DNA of 64,000 nucleotides from the NCBI RefSeq assembly GCF_048593235.1, contig NC_133621.1, positions 302,321,146 to 302,385,145 on the forward strand, written 5' to 3'. Below the pieces are notes generated by a model, which saw only the letters and a program-made list of their open reading frames with translations, did not search any database and was not told where the DNA came from. The translations under genes were made by a program, and so were the position numbers. Of the stretch, positions 11,688 through 22,735 are shown in pieces (position 1 is the stretch's first letter; each line of letters opens with the position of its first letter). The DNA comes from Sminthopsis crassicaudata (Eukaryota).

Positions 11688-14600
11688 ATGGCGGTGAATC
11701 AGCACCACACCGAGGACAGCCAAAACGCCGTCATCATCCCTCATGGAGAAAGGTGCGGGGCGGAAGCGAGCGAGTGGGGGGGGCGGGGCCGGGGGGGACG
11801 AACAACTTCTGAGCCCGCCCCTCCCCACGCGTCACCACGGAAGGCCACACCCCTTTCACCCACGAAGAGCGTGGGCCGGGCCTTCTCGAAGGCGCATGGA
11901 GCGCGCGCCCCCCTCTGGTGGGGAGGGGAACGGAAGCACACTGGAGAGGCGGGAGAGCAGGCGCGCCCCCTGGTGATGCGGAGCGCCAGGGCATGTCAGT
12001 AGTTACAGCCTTTATTGAGCCGATTCTCCTGGATACCGGGCTCTGTGCTAACCACGTGGTGGGGACCCCCAGAATAGTTAGAAACAAAACAAGGGTTGTG
12101 GGAAGAAGGGTGCGGGACATCCCGGAACGCTTCCTGGAGGAGGCGCCATTTATTAAAGAATATAGAAGCACACGAGGAAGAGGGTGGGGCGCCCCAGTAG
12201 AGCTGGAGGCGCACGTGGGACACTTGGGGATGGGGCCCCTGGCAGCAGAGTGACAACAGCAGCGTTCCAGCAAAGGGGGGGGGCTGCAGCTGCGGGGTCA
12301 GCGAGGGACGGTGGGCGCGAAGGCGGAGAGCAGAGGGTCCGGCAGAGGCGCCCTCAGCCTAGGGTCGGCCGGCCCCCCAGAGCAGGAGGAGGCCCGGCGC
12401 CGAGAGCGCCTCAGCCCTTACCCCGGGCGTGCCCGTCCCGCGGCAGAGCCAGTGCCCCGCCCCCTCCCCGCCCGGAGCCTGTCCCGGTGCTCGTGACTGC
12501 TGCCGGGCACGAGGCTCTGACTGGTGGGTGACGTCACCGAGGAGCAGAGCGGCTGGCCCAGGACGGGACCTGGGGGGGGGAGAGAAGGGGGACCAGGGAG
12601 CTGATTTCTCAGATCGAGGGAACAGAAAGGGCTCAACCACCTCGGAGACCCCGAGAACGCGGAGGGAAAAGCCGACAAAGTTGGAGAGCGCCGCCCCCAG
12701 GCCCCGCGGCCTCCAGCCCCGTCACTTGCACGTGGCTAAGGTGAATGAGAACTGAACAGAATTCCCCCGACTCCAGCCCGGATGGCGGGACTCCTCAGTG
12801 GCCGGGGAGGGCGGTTGTGCCTGCATTGTGGCCTCCCGGTGACCCCGGTGCCCAGCCCCCGGGGGTGCTCTGTCAGTAGCGGGCCGGGGCCTTCTGGTCA
12901 ATAAAGCCGACCATTATGGAATATTCCATCCCAAAGGACCCTCATCATACTCATCACCCTATAGAGAAACTAAAACTTATTCTGAGCGCCCCGTTCCCGG
13001 TCACTTCTGGGAAGTCTCCCCAGATTGGGAGCTGTGCCCTCTGTGGCGGGTTTGTGCCGGGCTGTCGGAGTGACACCGCCACTCACTGGGCCCGCTGCCG
13101 CCGGGGAGCCGCGCCCCTCCCCCCTCTCCGACCCCTCCCCTCCGCCAGCTCCCGGCTGCCCCGGCCCGAGTCCTGCGCTCTTGCCTTCAGCGCCCATTTC
13201 CGTGGCCAGCTTGGCCGTCACGGGGTGGAGAGCAGCGAGGACGGCGCCCAGGCCCGGCGCACACCAGCCTGGCCTGGCACGGACCCCTGAGCCCCGGCTC
13301 CGCCCGCCTCACGGTCGTGTTTGTGACCGCACTTTGCAGAGCTCAGAGCAGCATTAAATGGACGAGAGCTCCCAGGCGGACCCCAGTCCGGAGCGATGGC
13401 CACCCCCATGACCTTCCTGCACAGCCCTGAGGAGCGCTGCTCAGCCCTTTGTGTGACCAAGCCCGGTGGAGGCAAACGCGCCGGGCCGAGCCTCCTGGGA
13501 CTCTCCGAGCCCCCGCTGGAGGACCGGCCTCGGTGCCCACTGGGTCTCGTCGCAAACCCGAGTCTCATTATTGGGGGCCGCCACTCCTCGGGCCATTTCT
13601 TCTCAATTCTTGGGTGACTCAGATTTATAATTTCTTTCTCAGTGAGACAGATCAACGAGCTCATTTATCCAGATGAGGTCAGAGATCCTTCCTTCTAGTC
13701 ATTTTCTATAATACTTAATCCCATTTTCTGTAGTACTTAATCCAACAAGCATTTATTAAATGCCTACTGTGTGCACCCAGACTTTTTTTCCTATCTTTTT
13801 GCTGAAGCGATTGGGGTTAAGTGGCTTGCCCCATGTCACACATCTAGGAAGTGTTAAGTGTCTGAGGTCCCATTTGAACTCGGCTCTATCCGCTGTGGCG
13901 CCACCTAGCTGCCCCCGCATCCAGATTTTTACCAAACATCCCTGTCCATCAGAACCATCCCAAAGTGCAATGTGGGGGGAGGGTGATCCGCTGGAGTCCC
14001 CTTCACTGAAGGCCCTTACACTGGATGCCCACTTGCTGGGCTACTGGAGAGAGGCTTCTTGGGCAGATACCAGCACTAGCGGAGGGGCAAAGGTGGATAG
14101 GTGACTGTTCTTGCCTTAAGGAATGGAGTAAAAACACTGATAACAGTTATTATTCTTGCTCTCATCCTTCCCTCCGTCATGCCAGGAGGGGGTTTGTGCT
14201 TCAAGCGCTGTCCAGACGAGTCACTTGGACTCCCACTGAGACGTCGTGAGGCGACGAGCCTCCGGCCGGCCATTCTCTCTTGTGTTGCTCTATCGGGGGT
14301 GCCTGGGCCCCGGCCTTGCCCCCTCGGTGCCCTGTGGGGCCAGCCCCGGTTCTGCTGCGAATTCTCTCCCAGAATGGCGCATGATCCCCAGGGTGGGGCT
14401 CCACCAGCCTGTGCGGACTTTGTTATTCTTTTGCTTTAGAGCCATCACATGGAAGGGGGAGGGTCCCATTAGCAAGAGAGGAGCTGAATGTGAACCCAGG
14501 CCCCTACCCCTGCTTCTGGCTCTGATATCTGGGGCCCCCAGACCTCAGGTGGGCAAAAGGCACTGGCCTGCAGAGATAAGGCCCAGTTAATAGAGACAGG

Positions 14601-17600
14601 CGACTCACGAAGACTAACCTTGAGATTCCCTTCTGGAATAAGCTACAAAACAGACAAGCCCACAAACCCGTGCTCTGGTGATAAGGCTGAGGCCCCAGAG
14701 GCACCTGACGGGAAGGTGACCCTCTGCATGGGGCCCAGCAGGGACAACAAAAGGAGATAGAAAGGGAGGATTACGAGGGGGAGTTGTGGAGGACGCCTCT
14801 GCCACAGTGGGCTGATCCATTTCCCTCTTTTCCTGCTGAGCCCCCAGAGAAGGGGGGTTCTGGTCTCCCCCTCTTAGAGTCAGGGAGGAGGAACCACCAT
14901 CTTTTCTCTTCGCAGGAGTAACTGCCCCTCCCTCCATCCATTCCTCAAGGCATGAGGCTGTGGGACCCCAGCACTGTCTGTGCTCTGGCCATTGGCGGTC
15001 TCCAAGGCTCTGGGGGGATTTCCCAGAAAGAGGATGGTCTCCACCTGACACAGTCCCTGGGCTGCTCCATCTGGGGTCCGTCTGCGCCCTCCAGATCTCT
15101 CTCATCTCCTCCGCGTGACCTCCCTGCCCTGGGGGCTGCTCTCTGACTTACGGGACATTCTTCCCAAGAGGGGGCCTGCTCGAGCTTCTGGTGTAAGCCA
15201 TCCCATGGAAGAGATGAGCTTGTTCCGTCTGGGTCTGGGGACGAGAACTGGGCAGATTTGGAAAGGGAAAGAGCGGGCATCGAGCCCCTCTTAACAACCG
15301 AGCTGTCGTGGGGAGACCCCTTTAGCCTGCTGGGAGCGACGCTGCTCCCACGGAGGCGAAGGTTCCCCTGAATTTGGGGTTCGTGGGTCACTTCTGTTTT
15401 CCTCCCAACGAGCCTGTGAAATGTGCCACAAAGCCCTTGTACAAGGGAAGACTGAGACCAAAGAGGAAGATGGCTCATTTAGTCGATTAAAGCAAGATCT
15501 AGACTCCCCTGCTACGGGTGCCTGCTCTTAGGGGAGAGAGGGAGGTGATTACTCCCTTTTGATGGGCCTGGCACAGGAGGCTCTGTGGGGAGGGGCCAGC
15601 GCTCGCTGGTCGGGGCAGCTCCTGCTCTCACCATTCTAGGCCCTCTTCCCCATCTGAGGCAAACACTGAGAGGGAGCCATCGACACTGACTGCCTCCACT
15701 TCCTCTCCTCCCCCTCTCTTCCAAGCCTCCGAAAGCGGGTCCCCAGCCTCTTGGCTCTCCTGACACTTCCCTCTGCAAAGTGACCGGCCGTCTCCTGCCG
15801 CCTCCCAGACAGCCTCCTCTCAGGCCTCAGCCTCCGTGACTCCCACCTCCCGCCTGGGTCTCCCAGAGCCCCTCTGACTGCCCCTTCCCAGTCCTGTCCA
15901 AGCCACGCCTCTTTTCTCTGTGCATCTTCCCAAACCAGCAGCTTTATCAGCTCAACCATTGCCGCTCCTCGGGTGGCTCAGCCCTAGCGTCTCTCCTTGG
16001 CTCCACTGACACAGTCCAGCTGCCCTGTGGGACTTCAGACCGAATGCTCCGTACTCACTCAATAAGCATTTATTAAGCACCTGTTATGTGCCAGGCCTGT
16101 GTAGGATCCTGAGCTGCAGGAACACAAATTGGAGAGACGCCTGTGGAGGCGTCAGTTAGACACATGGCTCTGTATGAACAAGGCAGACAGAACACGGATA
16201 ACGAGGAAGATTTCCTAGTGCCTCCTCCTCCTGGCTGGCCAGCTCTAAAGGCAGTGGGCAGCCTCCCTCTGCCCCAACCATCCCCACTCTTAGCTCGGGC
16301 AGGTCCAGCCACACTGGACGCTCTCTTGTACGGCCCCGCCCCCACTAGAATGTAAGCTCCTTGAGAGCAGGGATGATTCCACGTCACTTCCGTATCTCTA
16401 GGGACTGGCACTCAGGGTGCTTCCTGGCTGCTCTTCTTGGCCAAGTGACTCCCTCCAAGTGAGGCACTCCCTCTGCCACTGCTGGTCGGCCCCTGCTCTG
16501 CACCCAGGCCCTGCGTCCCTGACCTCGGCGCCGGAGGAGTGGTCATCCGCTGCTTGGCGGCTGTGGGGACGGCCCGCGTCCCTCCCTCAGACCCCCAGTC
16601 AGTCATCAAAGATCAGATTGCAGGCCTTTACCGTCTCCTCCGGTGCCTCCCCAGCACCCAGAACTCAGCGTGGAACTTCAGACAGGGCCCGGCCAGAGCA
16701 AGGGCGGCGAGACCCTCGCCTTTCTCCTCCTGGAGCCACTGAGGTTGTAATGAGCACAGCCTAAGATTTCATGAGCTCGGGAACTCCCGGATGAGGAATG
16801 ACCCTCTCCGGGTGCAGGCTAGCCCCTCCTCTGGAGCTACTCTTCTCAGAGAGGTGGCCCAGTGGCACCCGCCAGCATGGCTCACGGGCAGAACCCGAAC
16901 TGGGGGTCAGTGAGCCCAAAGCCGTGCTGCCCTTGAGCCTGAGGGGAGCTATTTCACTAACTTGTTGTCCACTGAGACTCCCTGATTCTTTTCACAGGAC
17001 CTATTGTCTACCCAGACTTCTCCTTCCTGTACTTGTTTGGGATTTAAAAAACCCAGATGTGGGCTATTACATTTATCCTGATTAGCTTTCATATTATTAG
17101 ATTCATCCCATAATATTCACCTGTTGAAAGCGAGTTGGCTGCTAATTCTGACTTTTAACGGCTCAGTCACTCAGCGAGCATTTATTAAGCACTAACTGTG
17201 TACCAGGTGCCATCTGCTCTGTTATTTATCTCTCCCAAGTGTGTGTGACCTGAAAATCTCATTTTAAAAACATGCCATTTATGCTTTGACCCTAGTCACC
17301 ACGTGGAACGGCTCAGGGCTGCGGGTAATTCCCTGGGACACTCCGACAGAAACCCCTCTCCTGGGTGACAGTTAATCTCAGTTCGTCTCTTTGGACTTAC
17401 TCGTCCCGCCATTCTGGTACAACCCAATTATACTCCCATTTCTTCCGGGTCCAGAAGGAACAAGGGAGAGGCTTTGCCAAATATTTGCTTAGAAATCAGG
17501 GACCTCGAGCAGGATGCTCTCCGAAAGTCCTCCAGAGACTCAAGCCAAGCGAAATGTTGCGTGTACTAATTGATAACGCTCTGGGATGATCAGCGGTGAA

Positions 17601-20600
17601 GGACTTTGCTATTCTCGGCAATACAATGATCCAAGACCACTCTGAGGGACTTAGGAGGCAAGCTCCCATCCATATCCAGAGAGGAACTGATTGTGTTGGA
17701 ATACGGATTGAAGCATTCTCTCTTTTTAATTATATATGTGAATTCATATAGATTTATATTCATATATCTATATGAATTCACATATATAATTAAAAAGAGA
17801 GAATGAATATTTTCATATTTATATTTGCATATCTATATATGAATGTAAAATATTCATTATTTTACATTCATATATAGATATGCAAATATAAATATGAAAA
17901 TATTCATTTTTTAAACTTTATTTTTCTTGAGGGAGGTCTATGTTTTCTTTTACATACATGACTTTTATGGAAATGTTTTGCATAATTTCATATGTCCCTT
18001 CTTGATGGGGGGTTGGGGTGGGGATAAGGGAAAGAATGTGGAACTCAAGGTTTTAAGAACAAATGTAAAAAATGTTTTAAATGTAACTGGGGGAAAATAA
18101 GAATATTAAATAATTTTTTTAAAGAGTGAAAATGCTAAGTTGTGAACCACCCTCAGTTCCCACAGTCCTCTCTGGGTGTCCCTGGCTCTCTTTATCACTG
18201 CTCAATTGGAATTGATTTGGTTCATCTCATTGTTGAAGAGAACCACGTCCATCAGAATTGATTGTCGTATAATCTTCTTGTTACCGTGTACAACGATCTC
18301 CTGGTTCTGCTCCCTTTACTCAGCATCAGTTCATGTCTCTCCAGGCCTCTCTGAAATCATCCTGACGATCGGTTCTTACAGAATAATAATTCCCATAACA
18401 AAATATTAAATAATTTTTTAAAAAATCAGGCACCTGTGGGCCTTGGCCATGTTTAGTGACTCACGAGCCCAGTGACTACCTGATCACTGAAGCCAACAGG
18501 ATTATCTGAACACTCCCAGCTCCTGCCACTTCTTCCAAATCCGGCTCCTTCTCTTGCCGCTAACCTCTCTCTCTCTCTTCTTTTTTATTGAAGCTTTGGG
18601 TAATTTTTCCAACATTGACGCTTGCATTACCTTTTGTTGCAAATGTTCCCCTCCTTCCCTCACCCCCTCTCCTGGACGGCAGGTAGTCCCATACATGTTA
18701 AATACACTGAGAGACATGTTAGATAACTCTCTTTTAATAACACGTCCCGGAACATGCCTGGAACCCGAGTTAAGCTCGCCGTTTCTCATCTCAAAATCAG
18801 CCGCCCTCTCCCCCTTCCAGAAAGTCAAGCCATTGAGTGCCCGTTGCCAATCCCTGGCAAACGGCCCAGAAGCTCCCCTTTCAGAACTTTTACTTTTGTC
18901 ATTCAGCTGTTTCCATCATGTGTGACCCCATTTGGGGTTTCCTTGGCAGAGATACCGGCATGGATGGCCATGGCCTTCTCCGGCTCTTTTTGCAAATGAG
19001 GAAACTGAGTCAGAGTCAAGTACCTTGCCCAGGATCACACAGCTGGGAGGGCCTGAGACCCTCTAAGACAGCATTTATCGTGGCTGCACCCTCTGCCCGC
19101 AGCCTTCCCCAGTGCCGCCCCTTCTGCTTCCTTCTTCCTCCCCAGGCCCGGCCCCTCTCCTCTTCCTCGGGCCTCCTGCCCCAGATGCGGTGCCAGTGCG
19201 CTGGCCGGATGCTAGGGCCATCAAAGCGTCATTTCCCTCAGTTGCCAGATTGTCCGGCCGGTCTCTTGGGAGTAATCCCGGCCCTGCTCCATCTGCCAGC
19301 AGGAGCACCCGCATGGGGCTTCAGCCTGGAACGGTGGGAAGGGCGCTGGATTGGGCGTGGGGGACCGCGGTTTGACAGGAAGCCGCCTTTCTCTGTATCT
19401 TGGCGCCTGGCACCCCATAGGAGCTTAATGAATGCGCGTTGATGGTCTAACCTTGCCTTGTTTTTGTAGAAGGGTACCCGCTGATTCCCAGGACTCCAGA
19501 AGTGGCTGCGGGCAGCGTTCAGGATGCATGGGATTGGCCCCGTGGTGGAGCTGGGCAGCCCGGTGCCTCAGGGCCCTCTGGGGCTGCGGGACCAGTGCAA
19601 GAGCTAGATGAGAAGGGGTCGCTATCGGCCTCAGGCCAGGGCGTTCTCCTGACCTCCATGAGGAGGTCTGCCCAGGAGGGCCATTGCCAGACCCATGTTT
19701 GTTGGGGGCTGCAAGCCGTAGGATGTGCAGCTCAATGGATGAGAGAAAGGGCGGGAGGTGGGGGCTCTGGGGCCGGCCTTCGGTGACCCCAGGCCCCCCG
19801 CTTCCTCCTGTCTCCACAGCGTTCTGATGCGCACCGAGGACGTGGACCTGTCCTTCTCCAACCTGTCTGTCACCAACAGTCTCTTCAAGGGCTCCAGGAG
19901 GGGAGTGCTGTACCTCACTCAGTACCGGGTAACGGGAGCCTCGGGTCAGGAGCTGGGGCGGGAGGCGGGGGGGCCCACACGGGGGTCTCTCTGGTGCTTG
20001 AGAAGCTGCAGGCCCATTTTGCAGATGGGGCCTTGGGGGCAGAGCCAGGAAGAGGCCAGGTCCAAGTCTCCCCTCTGACCCTCGGGCCCCCTGCAGGGGG
20101 CCGGGCCTTGGAGGGGGGAGCCACCCGCCCACGGAGGCATGCGCATGCGCCAGCGGTCCCCCCCTGAGCTGCCGTTCCTCCGAGCCCCCGGGTCCCCTGC
20201 AAGGAGGGCTGACCTTGCGTCCCTTCCTTCCCCCTGCCCCTCGCCTGACCCCTAGGTGATCTTTGTTTCCTCGCGCCCCGGCAAGGACACGCTCAAGTCC
20301 TTCATGATGCCCTTCAATCTCATGAAGGACTATTCGATAGAGCAGCCCACCTTTGGCGCCAACTACATAAAAGGGATCATCTCTGCCGCACCCAATGGTG
20401 TGTACCACCCTCAGCCCCAGTGGGGCAGCCCCAGCCCCCGGGGCCCCCTCCCGTGCCCCCCTCCCCGCGCCCCCTGGGTGCATCCCCAGCCCTCCCCCGG
20501 GTGCCCAGGCTGCCCAGCCCCTCAGGTGTGGGCTCCTTCTCCCCTCAGGGGGCTGGGAAGGACAGGCCAACTTCAGAATGACCTTCCGGAGCGGAGGGGC

Positions 20601-21999
20601 CATGGAGTTTGGCCGGCTGATGATGAGATGCGCCTCCAACGGTGAGTGACCAGGCCGGTCTGGAGACTCTGGATACGCCCTTGGGGGCGGGCCGGGGGCC
20701 AGGGCCCCTTGAGCTGAGCGCCCCATTGTTTTGCCTTTCAGCCTCGCGAGGACTCCCACCTCCAGTGCCCTTCTTTGGCTTCAGCCCCCACAGTGCCCTG
20801 ATGATCACTATGTACCCCCGACCGATCCAGTCGGCCCCCACCCAGGTCATCTACATGATACCAGCCAACTCAACCTACGTGCCGTCCTCAGGTCAGGCTC
20901 TGGGCGGGAAGCCCCTCACCCACTCCGGGCCCCCCCAGTCTGCCAGTCCCGTCTGGCCCCTTCCAGAGGGGGCGGGGCTTTGGAGAAGGATTCAGGCCTC
21001 CTCAAGCGTCCTTCGAGTTCGATGATGGCGGCCGGCCAGGCCGGGTTCATTCTGGGCCCCCCACACCACAGACGCCACGTCCAAAACCGAGCTCCTCCTG
21101 CCCCCGTGGCCTCCGGGCTACAGACGGGCCCTCCCCTGGGAACCATCGTGAGAGGGCAGCCCCCAAATAGCTGCCGTCCCAATAGCAGATGTGGCGAGTC
21201 CATAGGTGGGGTGCAGGCTGAGCCACATGGAAAATCCAGAGCCTGCGGGCTAGGCCGGCCGGACCTGGGGCCCAGGGCCAGCCTTCCTGCCTGCTTTGGG
21301 CCCGTCTAGCCTCCATCTTCCCCTCCCCTCCCCTTTCCTCCTCCATCGCCTGAGCCCGAGCCCCCATATCCCGCTTTAGCCAGCCTTCGCCCCCATTGGC
21401 ACCCAGCTCCGGGGCCCCTTTCTCTGGACTCTTCAGAACCCGCGTGTCCCTTTGGATTACAGCTATTCAGATGAGGCATCTGGCAGTGGCGAGAGGGCCG
21501 GGCCGGGCCGGGGTATCCTCGAAGCTGGCCCAATACTGAAGGCTTCATAAGTCACATTGAATACAGTCTTTCTCCTTTTTGTTACCTAGGGTATCAATTC
21601 CCTTCGACCTCAGCCCCTGGATACGGACCCCCTCCCCCTGGATACGGGCTCCCTCCCCCTGGATACGGACCCCTTCCCATCAGATATGGGCCTCCTCCCC
21701 CTGGATATGGACCTCCTCCCCCTGGATATGGACCTCCTCCCCCTGGATATGGACCTCCTCCCCCTGGATATGGACCTCCTCCCCCTGGATATGGACCTCC
21801 TCCCCCTGGATATCGACCTCCTCTCCCTGGATTCATAGGCCCTCCCATCCCCCCTCCTGGATATGGACCCCCTCCTCCTGTATATAGACCTGCTCTTCCT
21901 CCCTCAGCCACAATCACTGAAATTTCTGACTCCCAAGCCCCTGAGGGTCAATCAGAACCCCCCAAAAAAGGTAAGAGAAAGCTGTTTCAAGGGATATGA
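11688..21999 (+). CDS. WBP2NL: WBP2 N-terminal-like / PAWP (GRAM domain plus PPxY-rich tail). Exons 11688-11752, 19820-19928, 20256-20397, 20549-20641, 20742-20891, 21590-21970. The 3' end is ambiguous: read-through to TGA 21997-21999 (322 aa) or splicing from donor 21971
   Basis: [22 protein letters not shown]|[12 protein letters not shown]...GVLYLTQYR|[48 protein letters not shown]|[30 protein letters not shown]|ASRGLP...|[19 protein letters not shown]... aligns by eye to the WBP2/WBP2NL GRAM domain and YGxPPxG repeats. The syntenic position between SEPTIN3 and NAGA supports the call. Phases 2,0,1,1,1 are consistent. Confidence 0.93.
13735..13905 (-). mobile_element. Marsupial CORE-SINE (WSINE1/SINE1-like) adjoining an L2 3' end
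   Basis: ggggttaagtggcttgccccatgtcacacatctaggaagtgttaagtgtctgagg...tttgaactc. Similar copies at about 45975-46040, 49945-50050 and 54885-54985. Confidence 0.75.
17714..17908. repeat. Two abutting perfect AT-rich inverted repeats (40-bp arms 17714-17753/17766-17805; 51-bp arms 17802-17852/17858-17908)
   Basis: Base-by-base reverse-complement comparison shows no mismatch in either pair. Loops are 12 and 5 nt. Confidence 0.95.
18120..18720 (-). mobile_element. Two old L1-like 3' fragments (about 18170-18410 and 18570-18720)
   Basis: ttggaattgatttggttcatctcattgttgaagagaaccacgtccatcagaattgat... matches the L1 at 23125-23230 by eye. Confidence 0.65.
21688..21813 (+). repeat. WBP2NL: Coding 21-bp tandem repeat (GGACCTCCTCCCCCTGGATAT; GPPPPGY) in WBP2NL exon 6
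   Basis: Five exact copies at 21709-21813, one copy with 1 mismatch at 21688-21708, and degenerate copies on both sides. Confidence 0.97.
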
Positions 22000-22735
22000 C
22001 GGAAGTCTTGTCTAGTCGTCCGTGGGACAGGAAAGACAGGCTAACCACGGGCAGGTGGAGTCTGGGAAGTTGCCCTTGGGATCCTCTGGGTTGGGCGCCC
22101 GAGGACAAAGTATCCAAGGCCAGCGGGTGGGCCACAAGGGAGTGCCTTTGTGGGCTTCATCCCATTCCCCAAACTAGCTACAAGCAGACTAAAACGGGGC
22201 CATGTGGGGCTGGATTCAGGGATCCTGGAGAATCTCTCCCATGTACCCCAGCCCTCCGTGATCTGAGGTCAATCAACAGCCAGGAGGATCCAGGGCAAGG
22301 CCAAAAGTGGGGGACTGGCAGGAGAGTAGCCATCAGGGGACTGTCACCTTCCACACTGTGGCTAGGGACCTGCAGGGGCGGCAAGACTAGTGGCCTCACC
22401 CTGATCAGCCAGCCTAGGAGGAGACCAAACGAGAGCGGGGGAGACCCGGTGTGGGGTGGGGGAGCCTCTCCCTGTTTTATCCTAGAGGACCCGGGACATC
22501 CCACATCTTGGCTAGGAAGGCCCTGGGGCAGGCAGACCTGAGGAGTGGCCATGGGAAACCAGGCTGAAAGCCACCGGGCTCCTTCTCCTAAATCCAAAGG
22601 AGCTTGGCTGATGGGAGAGGCAAGGGGGGGGGATGCTTTAAGAACCCAACTAAGGCCCAATGTGATTCACAAGGAAAAATGAATGTCCATGAATAACCAA
22701 AAAATGGGTTTTTTCATGTAACTGGGGAAATTTTA

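Noticed and set aside
11993-12253. ORF containing ILLDTGL, resembling a retropepsin active site, with a later VVGRR
   Set aside because: The spacing to the G-R-x motif is about 23 aa instead of about 60, there is no flap region, and there is no gag/RT context. Probably chance.
16539-16742. Short ORF with GLYRLLR, LYR-motif-like
   Set aside because: Motif spacing is wrong (LYRxxLR/K expected), the downstream conserved Phe is missing, the start is non-ATG, and there is no splice support.
19425-20759. 444-aa minus-strand ORF, the longest in the track
   Set aside because: It is antisense to WBP2NL exons 2-5 and their GC-rich introns, is Gly/Pro/Arg-biased with no domain, and is explained by stop-poor GC-rich sequence.
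21072-21151. Possible extra WBP2NL exon containing PPGY
   Set aside because: It has a weak acceptor, no phase-compatible donor, and runs into TGA at 21149. Exons 5 and 6 already join in phase.
21594-21917. Minus-strand (GGGGPYP)n ORF and plus-strand (SSPWIWT)n ORF
   Set aside because: These are shadow frames of the WBP2NL GPPPPGY coding repeat.
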